In this document: in pieces, positions 1 through 10,409 of the stretch
Position numbering within the stretch: the stretch's first letter is position 1
Layout of the letters: each line of letters begins with the position of its first letter
Origin: Pseudomonadota bacterium
GTDB taxonomy: Bacteria; Bdellovibrionota_B; Oligoflexia; Silvanigrellales; Silvanigrellaceae
Direction: 5' to 3'
DNA length: 64,000 nt
Assembly: GCA_039799905.1 (NCBI GenBank)
Contig: JBDLRP010000046.1
Coordinates: 39,756 to 103,755 of the forward strand
Notes under the pieces: generated by a model
Databases searched by the model: none
What the model saw: the letters and a program-made list of their open reading frames with translations, nothing else
What the model was told of the DNA's origin: nothing
Program-made: the position numbers and the translations under genes

Positions 1-1
1 T

Positions 2-1177
2 GTTGCTCGTCACCTCAGTCATAAACAAAATTGCCAAACTCAAACCAACGACTAAAATAAAAATTGGCACACCAGAGACTTTGTCTGCCCATGTTTGCAA
101 AAAATCCGTTAACGATAAACTTCCGATAGCATGCGCAATGGCAAGACCTCCTCCGAAAAGAATGAGCACTTCCCAGGGAATCTCCTTCATAACTTTCCAT
201 TCCATCAACTTCTCAACCGCTCCGGACTCTCTTGGAATCAGAAACAACGACACCAATGCGACAATCGCAATTTGAGCATCGTCAATTTTCATCTTTATTC
301 CGAATAATTCCGTGAAAATGGGATGAGAGATCCAAAGAAATACAGTTGCAACAAAAACGAGTCCAACACGCTTCTCATAGTGGCTCATCTTCCCGAGCGT
401 ACTGAGTTCATGCACAAACAAATCTCGGCTCTCCACAACTTTAGTCGATGGCAAGGGAAATAAAACCTTGGTGAGAAGAAACCAAGCAAAGGGCAACATG
501 ATGAGGGACAGGGGCAACCCAATGAGCATCCAGTCAAGAAAGGTAACATCTACATTCAGATCTCTTCTCATAAATGCGGCATACAGTGCATTGGGTGGAG
601 AACCAATCAGCGTCGCAACACCGCCAATATTTGCTGAATACGCGATAGACAACATCAAAACAGTGCGAAATCTCTTGACGACCGCATCAGGGACTTGATT
701 CTTAATGACCTCGCCAACGGAAAGCGCAACCGGAAGCATCATTATCGCCGTAGCCGAATTGCTAATCCACATACTCAAAAACGCGGTCACAGCCATGAAC
801 GCCGCAACGATATAATCTAGCCTAAGAGACGCCAAGGTGAGCGCATAAAATGCAACTCGCCTGTGTAGACCGCTACTTTCAAGTGCCAACGCAAGCGAGA
901 ATCCACCCAGAAACAAAAACATGATTGGATGTGAATATTGCTGAATTGTTTCCCTTAAACTCAAAATATCAAGAGCCGGAAACAGTAAGACGGGCAATAG
1001 AGCAGTAACGGCGATGGGAACAATCTCGAAGATCCAAAGAAACTTCATGAAAACGACAACTGCAATCAACCTGCCAACGTCGCCCAAATGAATGCCGAAA
1101 GTTACCCAGATCAAGAGAGACGTTACGAGCGAAATCACAAAGCGATACTGAGATAGTCTTTCGATTGTTGACGGCAT
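2..1177 (-). CDS. SLC13/DASS family sodium:anion (dicarboxylate/sulfate) symporter, 3' end outside the window
   Basis: Not in the ORF track because it runs off the edge. Manual translation from ATG 1177 gives MPSTIERLSQYRFVISL...WIFEIVPIAVTALLP...HPIMFLFLGGFSLALALESSGLHRRVA...LSMWISNSATAIMMLP...GGVATLIGSPPNA...EVTSN. The SN[ST]AT and GSPPN motifs are typical of DASS. Confidence 0.9.
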   Translation of the reverse strand, partial: MPSTIERLSQYRFVISLVTSLLIWVTFGIHLGDVGRLIAVVVFMKFLWIFEIVPIAVTALLPVLLFPALDILSLRETIQQYSHPIMFLFLGGFSLALALESSGLHRRVAFYALTLASLRLDYIVAAFMAVTAFLSMWISNSATAIMMLPVALSVGEVIKNQVPDAVVKRFRTVLMLSIAYSANIGGVATLIGSPPNALYAAFMRRDLNVDVTFLDWMLIGLPLSLIMLPFAWFLLTKVLFPLPSTKVVESRDLFVHELSTLGKMSHYEKRVGLVFVATVFLWISHPIFTELFGIKMKIDDAQIAIVALVSLFLIPRESGAVEKLMEWKVMKEIPWEVLILFGGGLAIAHAIGSLSLTDFLQTWADKVSGVPIFILVVGLSLAILFMTEVTSN

Positions 1178-1319
1178 GAATGAACCCCACTTCTTTCAAA
1201 AAACAAGAGAACCGTCACATATAGAAAACTTATACGAACATATCAGAAACCTTAACTCAGAATTGCCGGAAGAAAACTTCAAATAAAGTAAGACGGTAAA
1301 ACCATTTACAACAGGAGGC

Positions 1320-1886
1320 ATGAACATGAAACTCCGCTGCCGAAATCTTTCTCTGTTCATCAGCACATGCCTTTGCAGCACATTGACTTCAGAAGCCTCA
1401 ACTTCCAGGCAATCGCCCTCAAAAGGCTCGTCCGGTTCAGGAGTAAGTTCCCGCTCAGTCTTTCTCGGAAACACCACGATTGAGTTGGAGAACCTGAATG
1501 GAAAAGAATGTCCAGTTCTCATACAGCTAAAGGATGGAATCCTTGAAGATTACAACGATGGAATGCGCGCCTGCAGCGAAGCGCCCATACAATGGATTGG
1601 TAAAGGCTTCATGTTAAAAGAATCAAACAAAAAAAAAGCTACCTGGGTAGCTGAAATGGATGAAGAGTTCAAAAACTGCCGAGCACGAACATCACAAATT
1701 CAATGGAACAATATCACCATAAAGAGAAACAGTTCACACATAATATTGGATATAAACAATTCTCAAGCCATATTTTCGGTAGATATTGAAAAGCTAAATA
1801 GACAATTTCAAATTGCAAATAGCCGTGTGACGATCGAGGGCCAACCTGTTTGGTGTTGGAACGTTAAAAGCAAACATAAGAAATAA
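1320..1886 (+). CDS. hypothetical secreted protein
   Basis: 188-aa ORF with GGAGG RBS just upstream, signal-peptide-like N-terminus and Ser/Gly-rich linker. No family recognised. Confidence 0.6.
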   Translation: MNMKLRCRNLSLFISTCLCSTLTSEASTSRQSPSKGSSGSGVSSRSVFLGNTTIELENLNGKECPVLIQLKDGILEDYNDGMRACSEAPIQWIGKGFMLKESNKKKATWVAEMDEEFKNCRARTSQIQWNNITIKRNSSHIILDINNSQAIFSVDIEKLNRQFQIANSRVTIEGQPVWCWNVKSKHKK

Positions 1887-2031
1887 TGCTTCAAAGTCCT
1901 CTGAATTACAGCTTAGGTCCTTCGCAAAGCGCCGCAACTAGCCGAATGTGCCCAAAGGTAAATGAAAGTACTTTTCATCGATTCTCAGAATGCGCAACTA
2001 TAGCAAAAATTTCAATTTTAACAAAGTCAAA

Positions 2032-3426
2032 CTATTCCTCAAAAACAACTTTTGCATTCTGATCTTCCATCCGGACACGAAACCAATTTGACAGCCTGAT
2101 CCGGTCATCCTTCGACAAGCGTTGCGAAGATCCAAGCACTAATAAACGATTCTGCGACCGCAAAGATCCGGATGGTCCATTCGAAAGTGTTAGCGCCGAC
2201 CCAACAGAAACATTACGAAGCGTCGGATACTGAACTGTCAATTCCCTGATAAACCTCTCATTTTCAGTAGACTCTGCATTCAACTTACGGAGTTCAGTCT
2301 CTAACTCAGATATCCTTCGGTCACGTTCCTGAATCAACTGAAGACTATTTATTTGCAAATTTTGAACAATTTCATTTTTCAATGCAGATACATCAAATTC
2401 CAAATCACCATTCTGGTACAACTTGAGATCTGAACCGGCAACTTTCGATTGAGCAAGTCTGTCATGAATACGGTCGATATCATCCCTCTTCAGCGCACGT
2501 CCAATGAGTGTGACATCGATTCGCTTCGATTTTGGATCAACATCAAGCTTAGCTACTTGCACAAAAGAACTGCGAATTTCCTTTTGCACAAAGTCTCTCG
2601 CAGCATTTTTAAAGATTTCTCCTCTCACAAGGTGATATGCTAGATAAAGACTTGGCAAAGCTGTAATAGCAACTATTGCAAACAACGTGCGCCTGACCCG
2701 CTGCTCCACAAATTTATCAACAAATGTTTTGTGAGGAACTCGCAACAGATTAATTACAACAGCATATGCTACAGCAATAAATACGCTGTTTATGAAAAAC
2801 AAATAGAGCGCGCCGCCAAAGAATTCAAAGTTTCCGCTCGCAATCCCGAATCCTGCCGTACAAAGTGGGGGCATCAGTGCAGTCGCGATTGCAACCCCAG
2901 GCACAACGTTTGACTTCTCCTTGCGTGTTGACCCAATCGCACCAGCCAAACCACCAAGAATCGCGATGACGACATCCCAAACACTGGGGCTTGTTCTTGC
3001 AAGGAGTTCTGACTGCTCGCCAGTTAGAGGAGTTATGGAAAAATACACTGTTGATGTAATAAGACTCACACCCGTTGCAACTGCAAGATTCAGAAGAGAT
3101 TTCCTGATAAGAAAAAAATCGTAGACCGCAACACCGTATCCCACACCAGAGATCGGTCCCATCAAAGGGGAAACCAACATAGCCCCAATAATGACAGCTG
3201 ATGAATTTACATTCAGACCGACGGAGGCAATAAAGATGGCCAATATAAGTGTGACAGCATTGGCCCCCTTCAATTCAATAGACGACTTGATTTGCTGGTC
3301 TATTTCCTCATACGTACCCATGTCAGCCGCCAAGCTAAAACGCTCAATCAATCCGGTTCTGAATGCAGACATAAGATTTTCTAATTCAATTTTCATACTG
3401 TAAAAGTCGTCCAAGTTAAATTGCAC
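2032..3426 (-). CDS. DUF389 / TIGR00341 family membrane protein
   Basis: IASVGLNVNSSAVIIGAMLVSPLMGPI, ELLARTSP and PGVAIATALMPPLCTAGFG signatures. True start may be ATG 3396 or 3372. Confidence 0.9.
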   Translation of the reverse strand: MQFNLDDFYSMKIELENLMSAFRTGLIERFSLAADMGTYEEIDQQIKSSIELKGANAVTLILAIFIASVGLNVNSSAVIIGAMLVSPLMGPISGVGYGVAVYDFFLIRKSLLNLAVATGVSLITSTVYFSITPLTGEQSELLARTSPSVWDVVIAILGGLAGAIGSTRKEKSNVVPGVAIATALMPPLCTAGFGIASGNFEFFGGALYLFFINSVFIAVAYAVVINLLRVPHKTFVDKFVEQRVRRTLFAIVAITALPSLYLAYHLVRGEIFKNAARDFVQKEIRSSFVQVAKLDVDPKSKRIDVTLIGRALKRDDIDRIHDRLAQSKVAGSDLKLYQNGDLEFDVSALKNEIVQNLQINSLQLIQERDRRISELETELRKLNAESTENERFIRELTVQYPTLRNVSVGSALTLSNGPSGSLRSQNRLLVLGSSQRLSKDDRIRLSNWFRVRMEDQNAKVVFEE

Positions 3427-3484
3427 AATAATTGAAATTGAAATAAAGATACCACAAACCTTTGAAAAAATCGCAGGCGTAACA

Positions 3485-4414
3485 TTGAACTACAATCACC
3501 TACATTATTTTCACTGTATTGCTAGCGAGGGAAGCATAACAGCTGCGGCAAAAATGCTGAACATTTCTCAACCTGCACTCAGTGCTCAATTGAAGGAATT
3601 GGAGAAAAATCTCAACGCTCCTCTCTTTGTTCGAACTGGAAGAAACCTGAAGCTCACGCCTTTGGGCAGAAAGATATACTCAATCACACGACAAATGTTC
3701 ACATTTGCGTCACAAATACCGACAATTGCGGCAGCAACAGTAAACAGTCAAGAAAAGATTCTCAAGATAGGCGTGACCGATGAAGTCGAATTCCCGTACG
3801 TCGCTGGACTCGTCTGCGATCAACAAAATGCTGCAAATAATTCATTTCAAGAAACCATCAAGGTGGTCAGATGTACACACGAAGAGTCAGTTCGCTTCTT
3901 ACAAAACGGCAACCTTGATTTGACGTTTGCAGGAAGATTTCCCCGAAACCACAGTGGCCTATTTGTGCGTCATTTTGAACTGCCTGTTTACCTTATCTCC
4001 CAATATGGTGCTTTATCAGCAGCTGAACGTAATTTTAACGACGTCTCTGCAAACGAAGTTTCAAGAAAAATTGAGCTTTTTGATTGGGATCTGGTGCTTC
4101 CAACCGCTGGATCAATAATACGAGAAGAAACAGACTCATTCATGGCTCGTAAGCTCATTCGGAAGCACATACGATTTGAAAGCTCATCTATAGCTTCAAT
4201 CATTCGGGCCGTTGCCGAAGGGATGGGAATTGGATTTCTCCCGGGGGTCTATTGCGAAGATGCAATTCGCTTAAAAAGGGTACAAATGAGCGGGCCAAAA
4301 CAAGGATTCTGGAAGTCGAGCCTAGTTGTCGTTGCCCGAGAGTCTTCGAACACCAAACGCCTTGCAAAGATACTCTCTGAGCGCATCCAACAGTTCAATC
4401 TTGGCCGGCTGTAA
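3485..4414 (+). CDS. LysR family regulator, NhaR-like
   Basis: N-terminal (L)NYNHLHYFHCIASEGSITAAAKMLNISQPALSAQLKELE...LFVRTGRNLKLT helix-turn-helix. Confidence 0.9.
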   Translation: MNYNHLHYFHCIASEGSITAAAKMLNISQPALSAQLKELEKNLNAPLFVRTGRNLKLTPLGRKIYSITRQMFTFASQIPTIAAATVNSQEKILKIGVTDEVEFPYVAGLVCDQQNAANNSFQETIKVVRCTHEESVRFLQNGNLDLTFAGRFPRNHSGLFVRHFELPVYLISQYGALSAAERNFNDVSANEVSRKIELFDWDLVLPTAGSIIREETDSFMARKLIRKHIRFESSSIASIIRAVAEGMGIGFLPGVYCEDAIRLKRVQMSGPKQGFWKSSLVVVARESSNTKRLAKILSERIQQFNLGRL

Positions 4415-4426
4415 CCTTTAATTCCG

Positions 4427-5521
4427 TTATGTCGGCTTAACGTAAGCGTGAATGGTTTGAGTCGGAAACGCAAAACCAATGCCATTGCGATCAAAGAATT
4501 CCTTAATCGCTAGATTCAATTGCTCTTTCAATTTCATGTATTCGCCGTAATCGGCGGATTCTATCCAGTAAACAAACTCAAGATCCAGCGAGAATGCAGA
4601 AAAATCGCTAAAGTTTCCTCGCTCCAGTCGCATCCCAGCCGTCTGTTCTATCAATCTGCAAACCTCGGCTCTTGCCAAATTTATTTGCGCAACCGACGAG
4701 TCGTAGGTCAAACCAATTCTGAGGACAACTCGACGCTGCCGCATTTTGCTATAATTTCTGATCCGTGTTTCGAGCAATATGCTATTGGGGAAGACAAGCA
4801 ATTCTCCCGACAGCGACCTAATTCGAGTTGTCTTCAGACCAACACGCTCTATTGTTCCCATGGAGTCATCAATGACTATGAATTCTCCGATTTTGAACGG
4901 CTTATCCAAAGCGATTGACAATGAGGCAAACAAGTCACCAAGAATTTTCTGAACCGCGAGTGCGATTGCCACTCCCCCAATGCCAATTCCAGTAATCAAC
5001 CCAGATACGTTGACACCGAGATTATCAAGAGTGATGAGAACCAAAAAACTAACTAGCAAAAATCGACTTACAGCGAGTGCGACTGTCCCTGTAGGCGACT
5101 GAACCGCTCTTCCGTCAACATCCTCAGAAAACTTTTCAAAGAGAATTCGCTCAACAGCAGAGTTGAGAATTGCCGCACACTGAAATGCAATAGCAATCAG
5201 AAAGATTTGCCATACTCGCTTTTCAATTGACTGTGGAAAATCCAAAATATGAACCGTGGCATACACTGATGAGATGAAAATAAATACTTTACTTAATTTC
5301 TCAATCGAAAGCAGGAGCAGCTCAAGAGTGATGCCAGAAATAGGAAGACTCTTTCGTAGCAAAACCCGATTAATCAGCCAAACCACTGCATTAACCAGCA
5401 GAAATATAAACAGCGCTAGCCCAACCGGATACATTGCATTAAAAATTGCTTGGCTAAACATAAATTCGAAAACCTCACTCATGGGCAATAATGGAGTGCA
5501 TAATATATTTTCAAATGCCAT
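4427..5521 (-). CDS. mscS: small-conductance mechanosensitive channel (MscS family)
   Basis: GIGIGGVAIALAVQKILGDLFASLSIALDKPFKIGEFI...IGTIERVGLKTTRIRSLSGELLVFPNS-type motifs and C-terminal FAFPTQT. Start uncertain (ATG 5521, 5482 or 5461). Confidence 0.92.
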   Translation of the reverse strand: MAFENILCTPLLPMSEVFEFMFSQAIFNAMYPVGLALFIFLLVNAVVWLINRVLLRKSLPISGITLELLLLSIEKLSKVFIFISSVYATVHILDFPQSIEKRVWQIFLIAIAFQCAAILNSAVERILFEKFSEDVDGRAVQSPTGTVALAVSRFLLVSFLVLITLDNLGVNVSGLITGIGIGGVAIALAVQKILGDLFASLSIALDKPFKIGEFIVIDDSMGTIERVGLKTTRIRSLSGELLVFPNSILLETRIRNYSKMRQRRVVLRIGLTYDSSVAQINLARAEVCRLIEQTAGMRLERGNFSDFSAFSLDLEFVYWIESADYGEYMKLKEQLNLAIKEFFDRNGIGFAFPTQTIHAYVKPT

Positions 5522-5532
5522 GTCCGAGGAAT

Positions 5533-5562
5533 AAAAAAACCCCAATTCAAATGAATATGGGG
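5533..5562 (-). terminator. terminator-like hairpin plus U7 in the mscS leader (possible attenuator)
   Basis: Minus strand reads CCCCA-T-ATTC-ATTT-GAAT-TGGGG-TTTTTTT immediately upstream of the mscS start codons. Confidence 0.4.
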
Positions 5563-5922
5563 CGAATGAAAGGAGGTCTTCTAGCGTGGAGCAGAGTCCC
5601 CAATCAAACTTACATTTGAGTAGTCATCATACTCCTAACAACCGGACGACCTCGTAATGGTATAATGAGATATGTGTTCCTGCTGACCGTATATCAAAAT
5701 CTTACAAATCACATAACTAATCCCTATCTTAAAAAAAGAAGACCAGTGTATGAATAATGCCAAAATGACAATAGTGAAGAAATGAATTACCGATTTATCA
5801 TCTTTTGATATTGAAGTTCTGTGCACACATTTCATATAAATCGAATACAAGTATTTGCGAATTCTCTTGCTATTTGATCATTGGCCGCATTTCTAATTAT
5901 TCAGCACCTCGGAGTGCGCACA

Positions 5923-8562
5923 ATGTCAATGTCTATTTCCGAAATTTCGAAACTAGACATATCCGACGTTCAACGCCACTGCTACTCGTCAGCAGTTGGG
6001 CTTACAAGCGCCGAAGCCGCACACAGGCTTCAGAAATTTGGCAAAAACATACTCCCCAGACGAACGCCAAAACCGCTTTACAAAATTATACTGGATCAAT
6101 TTAAGAGCTCTATCATTTACATTCTGCTTGGTGCGGCATTATTTGCTCTGGCCATTGGCGAGTTTTTGGACGTTGTCTTTATTTTATTCGTATTATTTAT
6201 CAATGCAGCGATCGGAACATATCATTCTTTCAAATCTGAGAGAACAAACTTCTCCCTACAAAACATCTTAAAAACGAACTCAAAGGTCATCAGAGATCAG
6301 AATGTACTCACATTGTGTGCTGAAGACCTTGTCATTGGAGACGTGGTGATTCTCGATTCAGGCGCGACCGTACCTGCAGACATTCGAATTTTAAGTGCTC
6401 AAAACCTTTTTCTAGATGAATCGCTTTTGACCGGAGAGTCGGCTCCCGTGCAAAAGTATTACGATGAGTTGACGGAGCGAAGTAACATTCTTTTCGCTGG
6501 GACAATACTCACTCGCGGTCGGGCGAAGGGAATGGTGTTCCAAACGGGAATTGATACAGCAATCGGGTCAATTGCTGGAATTGCGAGAGAAATTCAAGCA
6601 GGAAAGCCGCCGATAATAGAGCGTGTTGAGAAATTCAGCAAAGTTTTAACCTTATACATTCTCGTAATCTCAATAATAATAGTTCTGTATGGAATGCTCG
6701 TCCAAAACCAATCCGCAAAGGAAATGATCTACTTCTCAATTACACTAGTTGTGTCGGCAATTCCTGAAGGCCTCCCGATAGCAATGACTCTAGCGTTTGC
6801 AGTTGCGACTAGACGAATGGCCAAGCGTGGAGTCATAGTAAAATCACTTCCATCAGTTGAGGCTCTTGGCAGTTGCAATGTGATTGCAACCGATAAGACC
6901 GGCACACTGACTTGCAACGAACAGACAATTGAGCGAGTCACCGTCCCCGATTCCGATGAATTTGAAATCGGTGGGCGAGGATACCAACCCGAGGGAACAA
7001 TCTCAGTTGGATGTCAGGTGATAGACCCGATTCACAGCTCGCTTAATAGCATTGCTCGAGCTGCGGTCCTTTGTAATGAGGGGTTTCTTGGAAAACACAA
7101 CGATGAATGGGTATGGAGCGGAGATCCAGTCGACATTGCCTTATTGACCTTCGGGGCTAAAGTCGGTTGGACGTCAACTTCAATCGAGAACCTTTACGTA
7201 AAGATGCAGGAGATCCCGTTTGAATCTGAAAACAGGTACTCGGCGGCACACTTCAAAACTCCAGAAGGAAACTTGATTGTCGCGAAAGGCTCGCCGGAAC
7301 AAATTTTCAAGATGTGCGATAATTCACCACAAATATTTGAACTTAAAACTACTGCAGAAAAGTATGCAAAAGAGGGATATCGAACAGTCGCCCTCGCAGA
7401 GAGAACAACTTTAAGCTCAAGAAAAGTTGGAAATCTAGAAGACGAACTTTCTGAACTTAAGCCCCTGGGAATTGTTGGGATGAAGGACCCATTAAGACCA
7501 GGAGCAAAATCGACTATCATGCGCTGCAAAAATGCCGGAATAAGAGTTCTGATGCTCACGGGTGATCATCCGGAAACAGCAAAGACAATCGCCTATGACC
7601 TTGGCCTTAGCAGCGGAGTGAATGGCATAGTAACCGGTGACAACCCCCAGTTGCAACTGAACTCAACCGCTGCGGAGATTATAAGAGGCAATTCGATATT
7701 TGCCCGAATCAGTCCAATGCAAAAACTGACAATCGTTCAAACTCTCGTAGCCGAAGGCAACTTTGTTGCAGTGACAGGCGACGGAGTGAATGATGTTCCC
7801 GCGTTACAGGCCGCAAACGTGGGTGTGGCTCTTGGAAAGAGCGGAACCGATGCCGCGCGAGAGGCGGCAGGTATCGTAATCACTGATGACGACTTTTCTT
7901 CTATTGTGAATGGAATAGAGGAAGGGAGACTCGCATACTCAAACATTCGTAAAATAATTCTGCTGTTGATTTCGACTGGGCTGGCAGAAGTTATTCTGGT
8001 GATTTTATCACAGTTCAGCGGCTTACCTCTGCCTTTACACCCAGTTCAGCTTCTATGGCTCAATCTTGTCACTAATGGTCTGCAAGATGTTGCGCTCGCG
8101 TTTGAGCCTCCTGAAGAAGACTTGCTGAAGCGAAAACCCCGTCCACCCAATGAGCCGATCCTGGACAGAATTATGATGCGAAAGATTGCTATTTCATCGC
8201 TCACAATCGGCTTGTTGTCATTTCTCGCATTCCAACAAATCCTCAGTCGGACTCAGGACGTTACATTTTCGCAAAGTGCCGTACTTTTGCTTATGGTATT
8301 TTTTGAGAATGTACATGCAGCAAGTTGCCGGTCCGAACGAAAGTCTATTTTAAAAAATAGCTTAAAGAACAATCCACTTCTCATTATCACTATTCTCGGA
8401 TCAACGCTGTTGCACCTTATCTTCGCAAACTCGATGCTTGGTCAAAAAGTTCTCAAAGTAACTCCAATACCCTGGGAAATGATCGTTCTGTTATTCATCT
8501 TTAGCTTGTTCTTACTCGTATCGACTGAGGGTGAGAAGTTCTTTTTTAGATCTCGAGGATAA
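5923..8562 (+). CDS. cation-transporting P-type ATPase (type IIA / PacL-like, probably Ca2+)
   Basis: LTGES, IPEGLP, DKTGTLT phosphorylation motif, KGSPE, TGDHPETA, TGDGVNDVPAL, QLLWLNLVTNG. GGAG RBS precedes ATG 5923. Confidence 0.95.
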   Translation: MSMSISEISKLDISDVQRHCYSSAVGLTSAEAAHRLQKFGKNILPRRTPKPLYKIILDQFKSSIIYILLGAALFALAIGEFLDVVFILFVLFINAAIGTYHSFKSERTNFSLQNILKTNSKVIRDQNVLTLCAEDLVIGDVVILDSGATVPADIRILSAQNLFLDESLLTGESAPVQKYYDELTERSNILFAGTILTRGRAKGMVFQTGIDTAIGSIAGIAREIQAGKPPIIERVEKFSKVLTLYILVISIIIVLYGMLVQNQSAKEMIYFSITLVVSAIPEGLPIAMTLAFAVATRRMAKRGVIVKSLPSVEALGSCNVIATDKTGTLTCNEQTIERVTVPDSDEFEIGGRGYQPEGTISVGCQVIDPIHSSLNSIARAAVLCNEGFLGKHNDEWVWSGDPVDIALLTFGAKVGWTSTSIENLYVKMQEIPFESENRYSAAHFKTPEGNLIVAKGSPEQIFKMCDNSPQIFELKTTAEKYAKEGYRTVALAERTTLSSRKVGNLEDELSELKPLGIVGMKDPLRPGAKSTIMRCKNAGIRVLMLTGDHPETAKTIAYDLGLSSGVNGIVTGDNPQLQLNSTAAEIIRGNSIFARISPMQKLTIVQTLVAEGNFVAVTGDGVNDVPALQAANVGVALGKSGTDAAREAAGIVITDDDFSSIVNGIEEGRLAYSNIRKIILLLISTGLAEVILVILSQFSGLPLPLHPVQLLWLNLVTNGLQDVALAFEPPEEDLLKRKPRPPNEPILDRIMMRKIAISSLTIGLLSFLAFQQILSRTQDVTFSQSAVLLLMVFFENVHAASCRSERKSILKNSLKNNPLLIITILGSTLLHLIFANSMLGQKVLKVTPIPWEMIVLLFIFSLFLLVSTEGEKFFFRSRG

Positions 8563-8567
8563 CAGTC

Positions 8568-10367
8568 ATGTCTAACCTAGATTTTCAGCGGCTCAGAGAT
8601 TTAGGTCTTGACCCAGAAGCTATAGTGACCCACGAACGGAGAGTCATTGAGAGTCTGACGCAGCAAAGGTCTTTTGATTGGAACGAGATTGAAGAATGCA
8701 AATTTGAGAACTTTGGAATTGTCTCAAGCGATGCCGCTGACAGATTCATTTCCGCTGCGTTCCACCAACAACGCCAGATGCAATTTAAAATATGGAAGGA
8801 TGAAAACATTCTATCCATAACTCTCGCTGCAGGCGCCGCAACTAGGTTTCTTTCCGGTATTGCTTCACTCTGTAGTTCAAAAATAAGGCTTAAAAATTCC
8901 GGATCTAACGGATTCAAGAACGAGACACAGTCGCAATTATTCTTTTCAAGAATTTGTTTCACCTGGAACAATGGCGGCATAAAGGCCAAATTGCTCAGGC
9001 TATTGAGAGCCAAGTTAGCATCGCATCCATTTCACGACTTTAAAAAGATTAATTTTGCAGAAATTAATCTTGATGATTTTTTAAGCGTACTTTCGAAATG
9101 TCGACAAACTGAGATTTTCCAGGCAGAAAAAATTGCCATGAACTTGTTCATCAGAGAGGTGAAGGAGACTCCAAAACTTCTTATTCCATTGAACAAAGAT
9201 GGCGATGCGTTCATCGATTTTACAATCTGGCAGCTCAAAGGTTTGTTGCCCAAGATCCCTATGGTGTTTGTAGTTAGCCCAGAAGTGACGCAATCCGCGG
9301 AAAAGTCAGCAGCTAGAACTATTAAAGTTGGGTTTGAGTTCCAGATTATCAACGGCGCTCTCAGCAATGTGTTTTTCACAACGCAGGATCACGATTTAGA
9401 CACAATCAGGTTTCTGGTGAATGGCGAACCTTTTAGAGAAGAGGATGGTAGCTACAGTCCCGTGCCGGCAGGGCACGGAGAGGTCATAAAACTGTTCAGC
9501 ACCATTTCCCAGAGAAACGAAACAGTAGACTGCTTTCTTATTCAGACAATCGACAACATTTATGGAAAGAGCCTCGATGTTGAAATTGAGTACAACAAGT
9601 TTTTAGAGACCTTCTATGCATTAAGGTGGTGTGTCGATCGAATTAGACTTGAGATTGCCCTGAGGGTTCTGAAAAACGACTCAGAGTTTGATGAAATCGG
9701 ATTATTCTCGGAGGAAACCTCTACTGCTATTGAATTGCTCCTCACCATCATGGGACGAACTGTCGGAGACTCTTTGTATGAGAAAAGGGAGTCATCTTAC
9801 AAGTTCATATATAATCTCCTAGACCGATTGTTTTGCTTCCCACAGCGCCAGGTTCCAGTCAGTAATTTAGAGAAATTTGTTTTGCTTCAAAAATATCTGT
9901 GTAGGCCAATCGTAGTTGTCGGTGTTGTGAGAAGGGAAAAAAACGATGCCGGCGGACACCCAGGCTTTGTTAAAAAAGCAACTGGTGAGAGAATTAGAAT
10001 TTGCCTTGAAGGCAGCAGATTCAAAAATCCACTGAATGATGAATCTAAAATTGTTCCGGAAGAAATTTACATTAATTCCGGTATCGCGATTGTCGAAACG
10101 CGAATTGCCACGCTGGATGAAAAGACACGACAATATGAATCACGACACTTTGACTTTCACTCTTTGCAAAACGATGAATTCTTTTTGGTCTCGAAAAAAC
10201 GACATAAAGGAAGGAATGTTTACTATCACGAGACAGCTTTGTATGAAATCTTAAGCAACTCGGAGAACACTAATTGCCTCTTTTTAGAAATCTCGAGAGT
10301 TCTCTTTAAACCCAACAAAGATATTCTATCGATTCTGGGCAAAGACCGTAAAGACTTCGGGTTCTAA
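8568..10367 (+). CDS. divergent DUF4301-like protein (nucleotide-sugar pyrophosphorylase-like fold)
   Basis: AAGAATRF, PAGHG, IDNI, RPIVVVGVV..AGGHP and FKPNKDILSIL recall DUF4301 motifs (ASGAATRMF, PGGHGAL, NIDNV, RPIRVCG..GGGP, FNPVKTVNDLL). Starts 5 nt after the ATPase stop. Confidence 0.65.
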   Translation: MSNLDFQRLRDLGLDPEAIVTHERRVIESLTQQRSFDWNEIEECKFENFGIVSSDAADRFISAAFHQQRQMQFKIWKDENILSITLAAGAATRFLSGIASLCSSKIRLKNSGSNGFKNETQSQLFFSRICFTWNNGGIKAKLLRLLRAKLASHPFHDFKKINFAEINLDDFLSVLSKCRQTEIFQAEKIAMNLFIREVKETPKLLIPLNKDGDAFIDFTIWQLKGLLPKIPMVFVVSPEVTQSAEKSAARTIKVGFEFQIINGALSNVFFTTQDHDLDTIRFLVNGEPFREEDGSYSPVPAGHGEVIKLFSTISQRNETVDCFLIQTIDNIYGKSLDVEIEYNKFLETFYALRWCVDRIRLEIALRVLKNDSEFDEIGLFSEETSTAIELLLTIMGRTVGDSLYEKRESSYKFIYNLLDRLFCFPQRQVPVSNLEKFVLLQKYLCRPIVVVGVVRREKNDAGGHPGFVKKATGERIRICLEGSRFKNPLNDESKIVPEEIYINSGIAIVETRIATLDEKTRQYESRHFDFHSLQNDEFFLVSKKRHKGRNVYYHETALYEILSNSENTNCLFLEISRVLFKPNKDILSILGKDRKDFGF

Positions 10368-10409
10368 TTTGCAAACTTAACGAACCGCATAGGAAAAAAT
10401 TGTATTTGC

